Source of the DNA: Gammaproteobacteria bacterium
GTDB taxonomy: Bacteria > Pseudomonadota > Gammaproteobacteria > GCA-002705445 > GCA-002716945
Length of the DNA stretch: 41,987 nucleotides
Direction of reading: 5' to 3'
Assembly (NCBI GenBank): GCA_965656575.1
Contig: CBFHLA010000002.1
Coordinates: forward strand, 3,817-45,803
The position numbers and the translations under genes are program-made. Below, piece by piece: positions 8,449-17,010 of this stretch. Positions within the stretch are counted from its first letter, which is position 1; the number at the start of each line of letters is the position of its first letter. The notes under the pieces are model-generated. The model made no database searches, had not been told where the DNA came from, and worked only from the letters and a program-made list of their open reading frames with translations.

Positions 8449-9835
8449 TATTGTACCATTTCAATTTATCTCTCAATTTAACAACACCCCCAATAATAAA
8501 AATAGTAGGAGCTTTAGGTTTTTTTAATTTAACTAATTCAGGCATGTCCTTAAGTGATGAAATATATTCTTTTTGTGTATTAGTAGTTCCTTGTTGAACA
8601 AGGGCACATGGAGTTTCGGCATCAAGACCATTATTGATTAGTTGTCTACATATTATGTCTATAGAAACAAGTCCCATATAAAATACAATGGTTTGATTAG
8701 GCTGATTCAGTTTCTCCCAATTAAGATCGAGCTTACCTTTTTTAAGATGTCCGGTGACAAAAACGCAACTCTGTGCGTAGTCTCTATGAGTTAATGGTAT
8801 ACCGCTGTATGTCGAACACCCACTCGCGCTAGTGATACCAGGTACTACTTGGAAAGAGATTTGTTCATCTGCTAATGTTTCAATTTCTTCCCCGCCTCTT
8901 CCGAATATAAAAGGATCTCCACCTTTGAGTCGTAAAACTTTTTTGCCTTGTTTGGCATATTTAACAAGAAGTTGATTTATTTCTTCTTGTCTTACAACAT
9001 GGTTATCTCTTTCTTTTCCAACATATATTTTTGTAGCATCTCTTCTAATCAGATCGACGATAGATGGATGTACTAGACGGTCATAAAGTGCAATATCAGC
9101 TTGTTGCATCAATCGTAAAGCTCTAAATGTTAGTAAATCTGGATCACCAGGACCCGCTCCAACTAAATATACTTCTCCTTGATTAGCTACATCTTCATTG
9201 AAGTTTTCAATCTGTTGATCTAGAAAATTTTCAGCCTCCTCATTTTTTCCAGCTAAAACCAATTCAAGAAATTTACCATTTAGCATTTGTTCCCAAAATA
9301 TTTTATTAGATGAAAACTTCTTCATTTTCTCTCTAACTTTTATACGATTATCAGCTACTATCTCAGCAAGTTTTCCATAATTTGCAGGAACCATAGTTTC
9401 TAACTTTGTTCTCAGGACTCTAGCTAAGACAGGTGATGCCCCGCCAGTAGATACGGCAACGGTAATATCTCCTCTTTCAAGTATTGATGGGAATATAAAA
9501 TCACAAATTTTTGGCTGATCAACTACATTTATAATTATATTATGTTTATGACAATCTTTTGATACTTGCTCATTCAGCGATTCGTTATCTGTTGCTGCGA
9601 TAACAAATTTATATTTATTCTCAGTCAAAAGTTTCTCAGAATATTTCGCATTAATACATTTAATATTATGTGATTTTGAGAGCTTTATAATATAGTCTGT
9701 GAAGTCTAAAGATACTACAGTGATATCTGCATCAGCTTTCACTAAAAGATCTAGTTTTCTTTCTGCTACAGACCCTCCTCCAACTACTAGACAGGGAAGT
9801 TTGTTAAGTTGAAGAAAAAAAGGGAAATATTTCAT
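8432..9835 (-). CDS. cysG: siroheme synthase (precorrin-2 dehydrogenase / sirohydrochlorin ferrochelatase / uroporphyrinogen-III C-methyltransferase)
   Basis: 467 aa with an N-terminal VVGGGSVAERK Rossmann fold and a C-terminal SUMT domain (VYLVGAGPGDPDLLT, KGGDPFIFGRGGEE). Confidence 0.9.
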   Translation of the reverse strand: MKYFPFFLQLNKLPCLVVGGGSVAERKLDLLVKADADITVVSLDFTDYIIKLSKSHNIKCINAKYSEKLLTENKYKFVIAATDNESLNEQVSKDCHKHNIIINVVDQPKICDFIFPSILERGDITVAVSTGGASPVLARVLRTKLETMVPANYGKLAEIVADNRIKVREKMKKFSSNKIFWEQMLNGKFLELVLAGKNEEAENFLDQQIENFNEDVANQGEVYLVGAGPGDPDLLTFRALRLMQQADIALYDRLVHPSIVDLIRRDATKIYVGKERDNHVVRQEEINQLLVKYAKQGKKVLRLKGGDPFIFGRGGEEIETLADEQISFQVVPGITSASGCSTYSGIPLTHRDYAQSCVFVTGHLKKGKLDLNWEKLNQPNQTIVFYMGLVSIDIICRQLINNGLDAETPCALVQQGTTNTQKEYISSLKDMPELVKLKKPKAPTIFIIGGVVKLRDKLKWYNTSAED

Positions 9836-9838
9836 CGG

Positions 9839-10276
9839 CTATTTTTGAATGCCTGCCTTACGATACCATTCTTCAGCTTTTTTTAAATCTTGCTCGACAA
9901 TTTTTCCTTCTTCATAAATCATGCCTAGTGTAGTTGCAGATCCCATCATTCCTTCTTGCGCTGCACGCTCAAACCACTTTATACACAAGTCGGGATTTTT
10001 TTCAGTACACTCTCCTTCAAAATACATGAATCCTAATGCATGCATTGCAAGAGGGAGGCCGTTTTGAGCGGCCTTAGTCATATATGAAAAAGCCTTATCT
10101 TCATTAGCTAAACATCCTAAACCATTTTGTAACATTATGGCCATGCGATACATAGCTTCAGAATTACCCTCTTCTGCTATAGGCGATAAAAGTTTTGTAG
10201 CATGAGCAAAATTTTTTGTCTCAAAAGCAGCTATACCACTTTCAAGTTCCATCGCTCTGTTTTCCCTTAAATCCAT
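9839..10276 (-). CDS. Sel1-repeat (TPR-like) protein
   Basis: 145 aa with three Sel1-like repeats (EAMYRMAIMLQNGLG, LAMHALGFMYFEGE, ATTLGMIYEEGKIVEQDLKKAEEWYRKA). Confidence 0.7.
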   Translation of the reverse strand: MDLRENRAMELESGIAAFETKNFAHATKLLSPIAEEGNSEAMYRMAIMLQNGLGCLANEDKAFSYMTKAAQNGLPLAMHALGFMYFEGECTEKNPDLCIKWFERAAQEGMMGSATTLGMIYEEGKIVEQDLKKAEEWYRKAGIQK

Positions 10277-10527
10277 TATTCTAATAGACCTGATAATTTA
10301 CCATCCATATCATGTTCTATTAGGTCATCAAATCCTCCAACATGATAATCGCCAATAAAAATTTGTGGAACAGATTGTCGACCTGATTTTTCAATCATTT
10401 CTTTCATTTGGCCTGGGTCTTGATCAATCATGATCTCTGTATATTCCAAGTCTTTTTTATTGAAGAAATTTTTTGCTCTTACGCAATAAGGGCAAATTCT
10501 TGTGCTGTATATAGTAATTTTTTTCAT
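10276..10527 (-). CDS. grxC: glutaredoxin 3
   Basis: 83 aa with a CPYC active site, TVPQIFI-like SVPQIFIG, and GGFDDL. Confidence 0.9.
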   Translation of the reverse strand: MKKITIYSTRICPYCVRAKNFFNKKDLEYTEIMIDQDPGQMKEMIEKSGRQSVPQIFIGDYHVGGFDDLIEHDMDGKLSGLLE

Positions 10528-10528
10528 A

Positions 10529-10864
10529 TTAATTATAGTGTGTGATTTTTCTTTTTACGTTTTTTTGGACAATTATACCAATAACATCATATGAATTATC
10601 AAGTTTTATTTCAGGATAATCGCTATTTAGGGGAATAAGGTATTTTTCCTGATCAATTATTTCAAATTTTCTAAACCATCTAACTCCCTCGTATTCAATA
10701 AAAACGAACTGGCCATGAGAACAGCTGCCTGATGGATCAACTATCACTACACAGCCTTTTGGAAATTCTGGCTCCATACTATTATCTGTAACTTGTAATG
10801 CATATGGCTCAGATGAACCACATTCACTATTCATATCTGTTAGTTGATTATCTTGTTCACTCAT
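10529..10864 (-). CDS. stand-alone S24 (LexA/UmuD-type) peptidase domain protein, no DNA-binding domain
   Basis: 111 aa. YALQVTDNSMEPEFPKGCVVIVD carries the catalytic Ser in NSM. FRKF lies at the position of the UmuD/LexA general-base Lys. Only about 25 residues precede the catalytic core. Confidence 0.65.
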   Translation of the reverse strand: MSEQDNQLTDMNSECGSSEPYALQVTDNSMEPEFPKGCVVIVDPSGSCSHGQFVFIEYEGVRWFRKFEIIDQEKYLIPLNSDYPEIKLDNSYDVIGIIVQKNVKRKITHYN

Positions 10865-10945
10865 AAATAATACTTCAATACAACTTCACTATTATTACAT
10901 AAATTAATTGAGCACATGTATAAAGCGATACAAGTGTGTAGATGA

Positions 10946-13747
10946 TTAGCCGGTATTTTTCATGCCTATTGCAATGGCATGGATAGTTCTAAGTAAAGGA
11001 TCAAAATTAACTGTGTCTTCTCCAGTAATACTTCTGTGTTTTTTAAGAAGCATAACTTGAATATAATTTAGTGGATCCAAATATGGCTGCCTTCTGCTCA
11101 ATGATAATGATAACTTTGTATTTTCCGAGAGTAACTGATCGGATTCTACAATCTCTAGTAATGTAGATACGGTTGATTTAAATTCAGTTTCAATGTCAGA
11201 AATTATCTCTTTTGCCGCATTTTGATTTTCTACAAGCAAGGAGTAATCTTTCGCTATTCCTAAGTCTGATTTGGAAAGTGCCATCTGTATGTTATCAAGT
11301 AAAACACTAAAAAATGGCCAATCCTTGTACATGGATTTCAATTTATCCATATTTTGTCTGTCTTCAGCAACGATTTTATTTAATGCTGTTCCAAGACCAT
11401 ACCAGGCAGGCAAAGTGTGTCTTGATAGTGACCAACCAAAAACCCAAGGTATTGCTCTAATTGAATATTTAGATCTATTAGTTTTTTTACGGTGTGAAGG
11501 TCTAGAACCAATATTTAACTCTGCAAGTTCTTGTACTGGCGTTGCCTCATAAAAGTAGTCCATGATTCCGGGTTTGTCATCAGTTAGGTCTCTATATTTT
11601 TTTTCACCCTCTATCGACATTTTACTCATCATCTCTTCATAATTATTCCTACACACAGGGTCACTTACTACAAGATGCTTACTTGCTTTCATAAGCCCAC
11701 TTAAAGCAAGTTCTAGTTCATATGATGCATTCTGAGGAACTGCGTATTTATACGAAAGCACTTCTCCTTGTTCTGTTATTTTTATCATACCTCTTACTGT
11801 CTCGTTAGGCTGAGCTAATATAGCATTGTGAGTAGGTCCTCCGCCACGGCCTACAGTCCCACCTCTGCCATGGAATAGACGACATTCAATTTTGTATTTC
11901 CTTGAAATATCCAGTACTTGTTGTTGTGCTTTATAAAGGCTCCACGAAGAAGAGAGAATACCTCCATCTTTACATGAGTCAGAATAACCAAGCATAACTT
12001 CTTGAAGTTTGGAATCATTATAGTTTCCAATTAAATTATTGTAGGTATTGTTGCTAAATAAATCTTCTAGAATTTCTTCTATTCGTGTAAGGTCATCAAT
12101 TGTCTCAAAAAGTGGTGTAACTTGTATTGATGATTTTAAAATACCATCTTGATTGGTAACAAGACCACACAGTTTTGCTAGAGCTAAGACTTCAAATACA
12201 TGGCTTGCATGATGAGTCATTGATATTACATAATTTCCAAATGCATTAATACTGACTTCTTTTCTTAAGCGGGTCATAACCTTAAAAACATCAATAACTT
12301 TTTTTGATTCTTCGCTTAGTTTTTCATACACACCATCAATACTAGAATTTGATTTGATAAATTTTTCAAGTGCCGATATTTTAGAAACCTCATCAAGAGA
12401 GTTGTAATCAATATTGGAAATATGGCTTAAAATATCCGTAATGGCATTTGTATGATTAGTTGATTCCTCTCTGATATCTAAATTAACTAGGTGAAAGCCA
12501 AAAGTCTCGACTAATCTTATAAGGTCATTAAGGCCAAATTCACTGAGTATTAAATCATTATCAAAGATAAGAGAGTCTCTTATTAAGTATAAATCATTCA
12601 ATAACTCTTGTTCAGATTGATATGCATGTTCGACACTAGTATCATCATTTTTTTTCAATTTATTGATTACTTTTAGTCTTTGATCGAGGCGGTATCTTAT
12701 AATCTTAAGTTTCCTTCTATAAGGCTCTTTTGAGAAATCTTGCGTGGTATCTTTGAATGCATTTGCTAAATATATCTCATCAGCTTTGCAAGATTCTAAA
12801 AATTCATTTGATGGTTTAGTTAGTTCTGAAGAATGAGTTAGTACAGTCGATAAATTTTGAGCTCTTCTCATGTATTCATGTATAGCTGTCTCTGCATGCA
12901 TATACACTGCTTCTCTTGTGATATCAGGTGTAACGAATGGGTTTCCATCTCTATCACCTCCAATCCATGAACCAAATTTAATAAAGCTAGGTACTTTAAT
13001 CTTATCTGTGTGATAAACCCTTTTTACAGCTTTCTCTAAATCTCTATAAACTTCTGGGATAGCTTTAAACAAGGAAGTTCTGAAATAATACAAACCATTT
13101 TCTACCTCATCAATAACGGTAGGTTTTTTAAGTCGAACTTCATCTGTCCTCCACAGTATTAAAATTTCTGCTTGAAGCTCCTCTATCAGTTCTTCTCGTC
13201 TTATTGATTGGCCTTTATATCTTTGAAGTTCTAAAACAGTATTAAATATTCTTCTCATTGCCTCAAGCTTGCTTCTTCTTTTAGCTTCAGTAGGATGTGC
13301 TGTAAATACAGGCGCATAATGAAGTGAATTAATTAATTCTTGAAGTTTGTTATCGTCTATTTCTGAAGCCTTACACTCTCTTAAGGTTTGATCAAAAGAC
13401 CCTTCCCATGAATCAAATCCTGATTTTAAACGATCTGTTCGACTAATATGTTGATAAGCTTCTTCTGCTACGTTTACTAAAGCAAAGTATTTAGAAAAAG
13501 ATCTAATGACGTTTTTAAGTGTTTTTGGTTCTAGCTTTTCTATGTATCTAATCAGTTGATCATGTTTAGCCTGATTATTATTCTGTCTGAGGTTTATAAA
13601 ACCTTTTCTGAGCTTTTCAACTGCCATATAAACATCATTACCGGCATGAGTTTTAATGATATTACCAAGCAACTTACCTAGCGTTTTCACACTAGATCTA
13701 AGCTGTGCATCATTTAATTTATCAAATGTTTTAAGGAACTCACTCAT
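10946..13747 (-). CDS. ppc: phosphoenolpyruvate carboxylase
   Basis: 933 aa with VFTAHPTE, GYSDSCKDGG, FHGRGGTVGRGGGP and a C-terminal GMKNTG. Confidence 0.95.
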   Translation of the reverse strand: MSEFLKTFDKLNDAQLRSSVKTLGKLLGNIIKTHAGNDVYMAVEKLRKGFINLRQNNNQAKHDQLIRYIEKLEPKTLKNVIRSFSKYFALVNVAEEAYQHISRTDRLKSGFDSWEGSFDQTLRECKASEIDDNKLQELINSLHYAPVFTAHPTEAKRRSKLEAMRRIFNTVLELQRYKGQSIRREELIEELQAEILILWRTDEVRLKKPTVIDEVENGLYYFRTSLFKAIPEVYRDLEKAVKRVYHTDKIKVPSFIKFGSWIGGDRDGNPFVTPDITREAVYMHAETAIHEYMRRAQNLSTVLTHSSELTKPSNEFLESCKADEIYLANAFKDTTQDFSKEPYRRKLKIIRYRLDQRLKVINKLKKNDDTSVEHAYQSEQELLNDLYLIRDSLIFDNDLILSEFGLNDLIRLVETFGFHLVNLDIREESTNHTNAITDILSHISNIDYNSLDEVSKISALEKFIKSNSSIDGVYEKLSEESKKVIDVFKVMTRLRKEVSINAFGNYVISMTHHASHVFEVLALAKLCGLVTNQDGILKSSIQVTPLFETIDDLTRIEEILEDLFSNNTYNNLIGNYNDSKLQEVMLGYSDSCKDGGILSSSWSLYKAQQQVLDISRKYKIECRLFHGRGGTVGRGGGPTHNAILAQPNETVRGMIKITEQGEVLSYKYAVPQNASYELELALSGLMKASKHLVVSDPVCRNNYEEMMSKMSIEGEKKYRDLTDDKPGIMDYFYEATPVQELAELNIGSRPSHRKKTNRSKYSIRAIPWVFGWSLSRHTLPAWYGLGTALNKIVAEDRQNMDKLKSMYKDWPFFSVLLDNIQMALSKSDLGIAKDYSLLVENQNAAKEIISDIETEFKSTVSTLLEIVESDQLLSENTKLSLSLSRRQPYLDPLNYIQVMLLKKHRSITGEDTVNFDPLLRTIHAIAIGMKNTG

Positions 13748-13841
13748 ATTTATCTAAGATATATTCTTCAATATATATTTTGTTTATTTAAAATTGAGCC
13801 CAAGATACCTTTAAAAAAGGCAATGTACAAGCTTGACAAAA

Positions 13842-14315
13842 TCAATTTCTCTTGTTTTTTCTCTTATTTTGGAAGAATTTCTGAAGAAGTTTTTTGGATT
13901 TATCATTATCATTTATCCTGATAATATTGGGTTTGTGGTGACATGATGTCGTATTATACACTTGGGGACCATGTAAAATACCCCCACTTTTAGTATCATC
14001 TGCACTAAAAATAATATTGGTCAATCTTGCAAAACTAATTGCTTGGGCGCACATCGGACATGGTTCAAGTGTTGTAATCATACTAAAACCAGTCAATCTC
14101 TCATTGTCTACTTTGGCCATTGCCAATTTAAGTGAAAGAATTTCTGCATGATCAATAGATGATTTATTGGCTTTCATTTGATTATAACTTGAAGCTATAA
14201 GCTCATTTGTATCATCTTTAATAATTACTGCACCGATTGGAACTTCATCTTCTTGATAGGCTAGACAAGCTAGATTATAAGCGAATTCATAAAATAATTG
14301 GTAGTGTTCACTCAC
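13842..14315 (-). CDS. tadA: tRNA adenosine(34) deaminase
   Basis: 157 aa with the CDA-fold zinc motifs HAE and PCPMC. Confidence 0.85.
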   Translation of the reverse strand: MSEHYQLFYEFAYNLACLAYQEDEVPIGAVIIKDDTNELIASSYNQMKANKSSIDHAEILSLKLAMAKVDNERLTGFSMITTLEPCPMCAQAISFARLTNIIFSADDTKSGGILHGPQVYNTTSCHHKPNIIRINDNDKSKKLLQKFFQNKRKNKRN

Positions 14316-14325
14316 AAGGTTAAAG

Positions 14326-15660
14326 CTACATTGTTTCTTTGAATTCTATAATTTTACCTATAGGTTGAGAAATGATGTCATCCTCTTGCATAACAACATT
14401 GCCTCTCACAATAGTGTGTGTTGGCCAACCTTTTACCTTCATACCATCATATGGTGTCCATTTACTCTTTGAACGTTGTTGATCGTTTGTAATAATCATT
14501 TCTTTATTCATATCTACAATTGTAAAGTCAGCATCATAACCTTCTTGAATTCTGCCTTTGCCAGAGATTTTATGAACCCTTTCTGGACCAGTACTCCATA
14601 AGCTAACAAGTTTACTTAAAGAAAGTTTGCCGTTATTTACATGGTTTAACATTATTGGAACCAACGTTTGTACACCAGGTGTGCCGCTTGGTGATTTAGG
14701 ATAAGATGCAGATTTCTCATCTAAAGTATGTGGGGCATGGTCTGATGCAATGATGTCAACTATATTATTATTGAGTGCATTCCATAAAGCTTCCTGATGA
14801 TATTTTTCTCTTATAGGAGGATTTTGTTGAGCAAGTGTTCCTAAATTTTCATAACATTCAGGGGCATTAAGTGTTAGGTGGTTTGCCAAAAGCTCGACAC
14901 TTGCTACATCTTTATTCCTTGCAAGAAACTCCATTTCTTCACTAGTGGTTATATGCAAAATATGAACTCTTCTTTTATATTTACGAGCAAGATTTACAAC
15001 TCTCGTGGTAGCAGATAAGCAACTTTCTGGTGAACGCCATTTGCAATGCATCGCAACATCGTTACTAGAGCCTAAGATAGATGCAAAATTATTCATCATA
15101 ATCATTTGATCTTCCGCGTGAACGGCAATCACACGTCTACCATTTGAAACAACTGATTCAACTTCCTCATCTGTTGCTGTCATCAAGTCGCCAGTGCTTG
15201 CGCCCATGAAAATCTTTATTCCACAGACTCCTTTGAGATTTTCCCATTCAGACAAGTTTTTAGATGTTCTCATGGTGCCACCTAAATAAAAAGCATAATC
15301 AGTCCATGCTTCTTTGGATGCTCTGCTTAATTTATCTTCAATTGTTTCAGGTGTGATAGTGAGTGGGTTTGTATTCGGCATTTCAAATATTGAAGTTACT
15401 CCACCTAAAACTGCAGCTAGCATTCCTGATGCAAGGGTCTCCTTGCCTTCTAGCCCAGGCTCACGAAAATGTACTTGAGAATCAATAACACCAGGCAGTA
15501 TTATTAAATTCTTACAATCAATTGTCTGCTCAGTATCATAATTTTTATCTGATATAAGTGATATTTTCTCATTTTGGACATAAACATTTGTAGAGACAAG
15601 TGTATTTTTGATCATTACACGACCATTTTTAAGACATAAACTATATGGATGATTTGACAT
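14326..15660 (-). CDS. pyrC: dihydroorotase (long, type I/allantoinase-like cyclic amidohydrolase)
   Basis: 444 aa with DSQVHFREPG, GIKIFMGASTGDL, AVHAED, ILHITT and ASDHAPH metal-ligand blocks. Confidence 0.75.
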   Translation of the reverse strand: MSNHPYSLCLKNGRVMIKNTLVSTNVYVQNEKISLISDKNYDTEQTIDCKNLIILPGVIDSQVHFREPGLEGKETLASGMLAAVLGGVTSIFEMPNTNPLTITPETIEDKLSRASKEAWTDYAFYLGGTMRTSKNLSEWENLKGVCGIKIFMGASTGDLMTATDEEVESVVSNGRRVIAVHAEDQMIMMNNFASILGSSNDVAMHCKWRSPESCLSATTRVVNLARKYKRRVHILHITTSEEMEFLARNKDVASVELLANHLTLNAPECYENLGTLAQQNPPIREKYHQEALWNALNNNIVDIIASDHAPHTLDEKSASYPKSPSGTPGVQTLVPIMLNHVNNGKLSLSKLVSLWSTGPERVHKISGKGRIQEGYDADFTIVDMNKEMIITNDQQRSKSKWTPYDGMKVKGWPTHTIVRGNVVMQEDDIISQPIGKIIEFKETM

Positions 15661-15713
15661 TCTATAAATATGCTATCATTTTAATATTAAATATGCATAA
15701 TACTCTTACACAT

Positions 15714-16097
15714 ATGCAGAAAATACTCGATAATTTTGGAATTACTGTCTCTTCAATATGTGCAATACACTGTATATTGTTACCATTGATGTTGATACTA
15801 TCACCATATATAGAATTAGCATTTTTTACATCTCATGAATTCCATGAAACTCTCCTTTACTTCATCCTGCCTACATCGTTACTTGCATTTATAATTGGTT
15901 GCAGAAAACACAATGATGACATAGTGAAACTTGGAGGTATATGTGCAATTTTTGTTCTACTTATCGCAATCAGCTTACATGATTTCAATGAAGCTTTATC
16001 AATCATACTAACTTTATTTGCTAGTACATTATTGATATTTACACATCTCAGAAATAGATCTTTATGCCTAAGTGAGCATTATTCTTGTCATAAATAG
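15714..16097 (+). CDS. MerC-domain small membrane protein
   Basis: MQKILDNFGITVSSICAIHCILLPLML plus three further TM segments. I prefer the ATG at 15714 (or 15693), because the track start at 15645 overlaps the divergent pyrC start. Confidence 0.55.
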   Translation: MQKILDNFGITVSSICAIHCILLPLMLILSPYIELAFFTSHEFHETLLYFILPTSLLAFIIGCRKHNDDIVKLGGICAIFVLLIAISLHDFNEALSIILTLFASTLLIFTHLRNRSLCLSEHYSCHK

Positions 16098-16121
16098 TGA
16101 TCTCTCGGCTAGATTATTAGA

Positions 16122-17009
16122 CTAATATTGAATAGGTGTTAACAATACTTGGAATGGTCCACTACCTACAGAATATGTTGCTGCTTTTGCAGGGCCTTCA
16201 TCACAAGAATCAGGTGCATTCTGCCATATAGATGAACCTGTACTTACATTAAAACTCATATTGAAGCCTCTAGTGTCTTTATCAACGACTACAGGTGTTC
16301 CAAATTCTTGCATACCAAACATTTTTGCACCAGCTGCGGCTTCTACTGCATTAGAAGCTAGTTCATTGTTAGCATTTAATAAGTATGCATACATAGTGTT
16401 TCCACTCGCGAATGATTCACTCGCAGTGCCTTCATAGTCATCGCCACCTACATTAAAGTTTGGAAGCGTTGCTGCAAATTCACCTGCTGTAGTCTGTGAT
16501 GTGCTACATGTCATAGATATACATGCACTCTCATCACCTGATGCATTTCTTGTTGAACAATAAATAGCACCTGGTTCAGCAGCTCCAACACCTTGCGAAT
16601 CTCCTCGCGCATCTGCGTCGAAAGTAATGCTTTGTTTGATCAGAAACTCATTTTTGAAAATCATTATGCCGTGAGTATAAATGCCCACTGGTGGTCTAGT
16701 AACATTTGATGTCAATGCAACATTTGATGATGTGGACGTAACTCGTACTACTTCACCAGCTGATGCATTCATAGTTTGAAAACAATTACTCAAATCATAT
16801 TCCACTCCATCTGCTGGCACTGTTGGCTGTGCAGTACAAAGCCATTTTTCATATAATGTAATGCCATAAGATTCAGGTTCAGACATACAGCTGTCTCCCA
16901 CTGGTAGTGTTGTTACTCCAGAGGTAACAGTACATGCATTAGCGTATACTTTAGACTGAAAACTAAATGACATAATTAATGAGAATGAAATTATAAATAA
17001 CTTTTTCAT
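16122..17009 (-). CDS. secreted hypothetical protein, 8 Cys, Ser/Thr/Gly/Ala/Asn-rich (candidate cargo of the adjacent barrel)
   Basis: Sec signal peptide MKKLFIISFSLIMSFSFQSKVYA|NA. It contains 8 cysteines and S/T tracts (RVTSTSSNVALTSNVT, TCSTSQTT). Its start lies 1 nt after the stop of the barrel gene. I recognise no family. Confidence 0.6.
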   Translation of the reverse strand: MKKLFIISFSLIMSFSFQSKVYANACTVTSGVTTLPVGDSCMSEPESYGITLYEKWLCTAQPTVPADGVEYDLSNCFQTMNASAGEVVRVTSTSSNVALTSNVTRPPVGIYTHGIMIFKNEFLIKQSITFDADARGDSQGVGAAEPGAIYCSTRNASGDESACISMTCSTSQTTAGEFAATLPNFNVGGDDYEGTASESFASGNTMYAYLLNANNELASNAVEAAAGAKMFGMQEFGTPVVVDKDTRGFNMSFNVSTGSSIWQNAPDSCDEGPAKAATYSVGSGPFQVLLTPIQY

Positions 17010-17010
17010 A

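Noticed and set aside
11271-11552. 93-aa plus-strand ORF antisense to ppc. Similar internal or antisense ORFs lie at 1106..1312, 6395..6610, 7490..7699, 21153..21347, 22948..23380, 24063..24272, 24914..25135, 25522..25785, 27081..27323, 29624..29857, 31112..31936, 32985..33581, 35186..35497, 35700..35915, 36472..36666 and 40336..40602.
   Set aside because: All lie inside stronger, motif-supported CDSs in another frame or on the other strand. Long spurious ORFs of this kind are expected, and none shows a recognisable domain.
15466-15480. The dihydroorotase metal motif reads D-S-Q-V-H instead of the usual D-x-H-x-H (first His replaced by Gln, codon CAA)
   Set aside because: I considered calling this a degenerate, PyrC'-like inactive enzyme. 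All other ligand blocks (K in GIKIF, AVHAED, ILHITT, SDHAPH) are intact. I also recall the same DxQVHFREPG variant in a whole subfamily of long bacterial DHOases (Bacteroidetes type). It is probably a family trait. It would need an alignment to say more.
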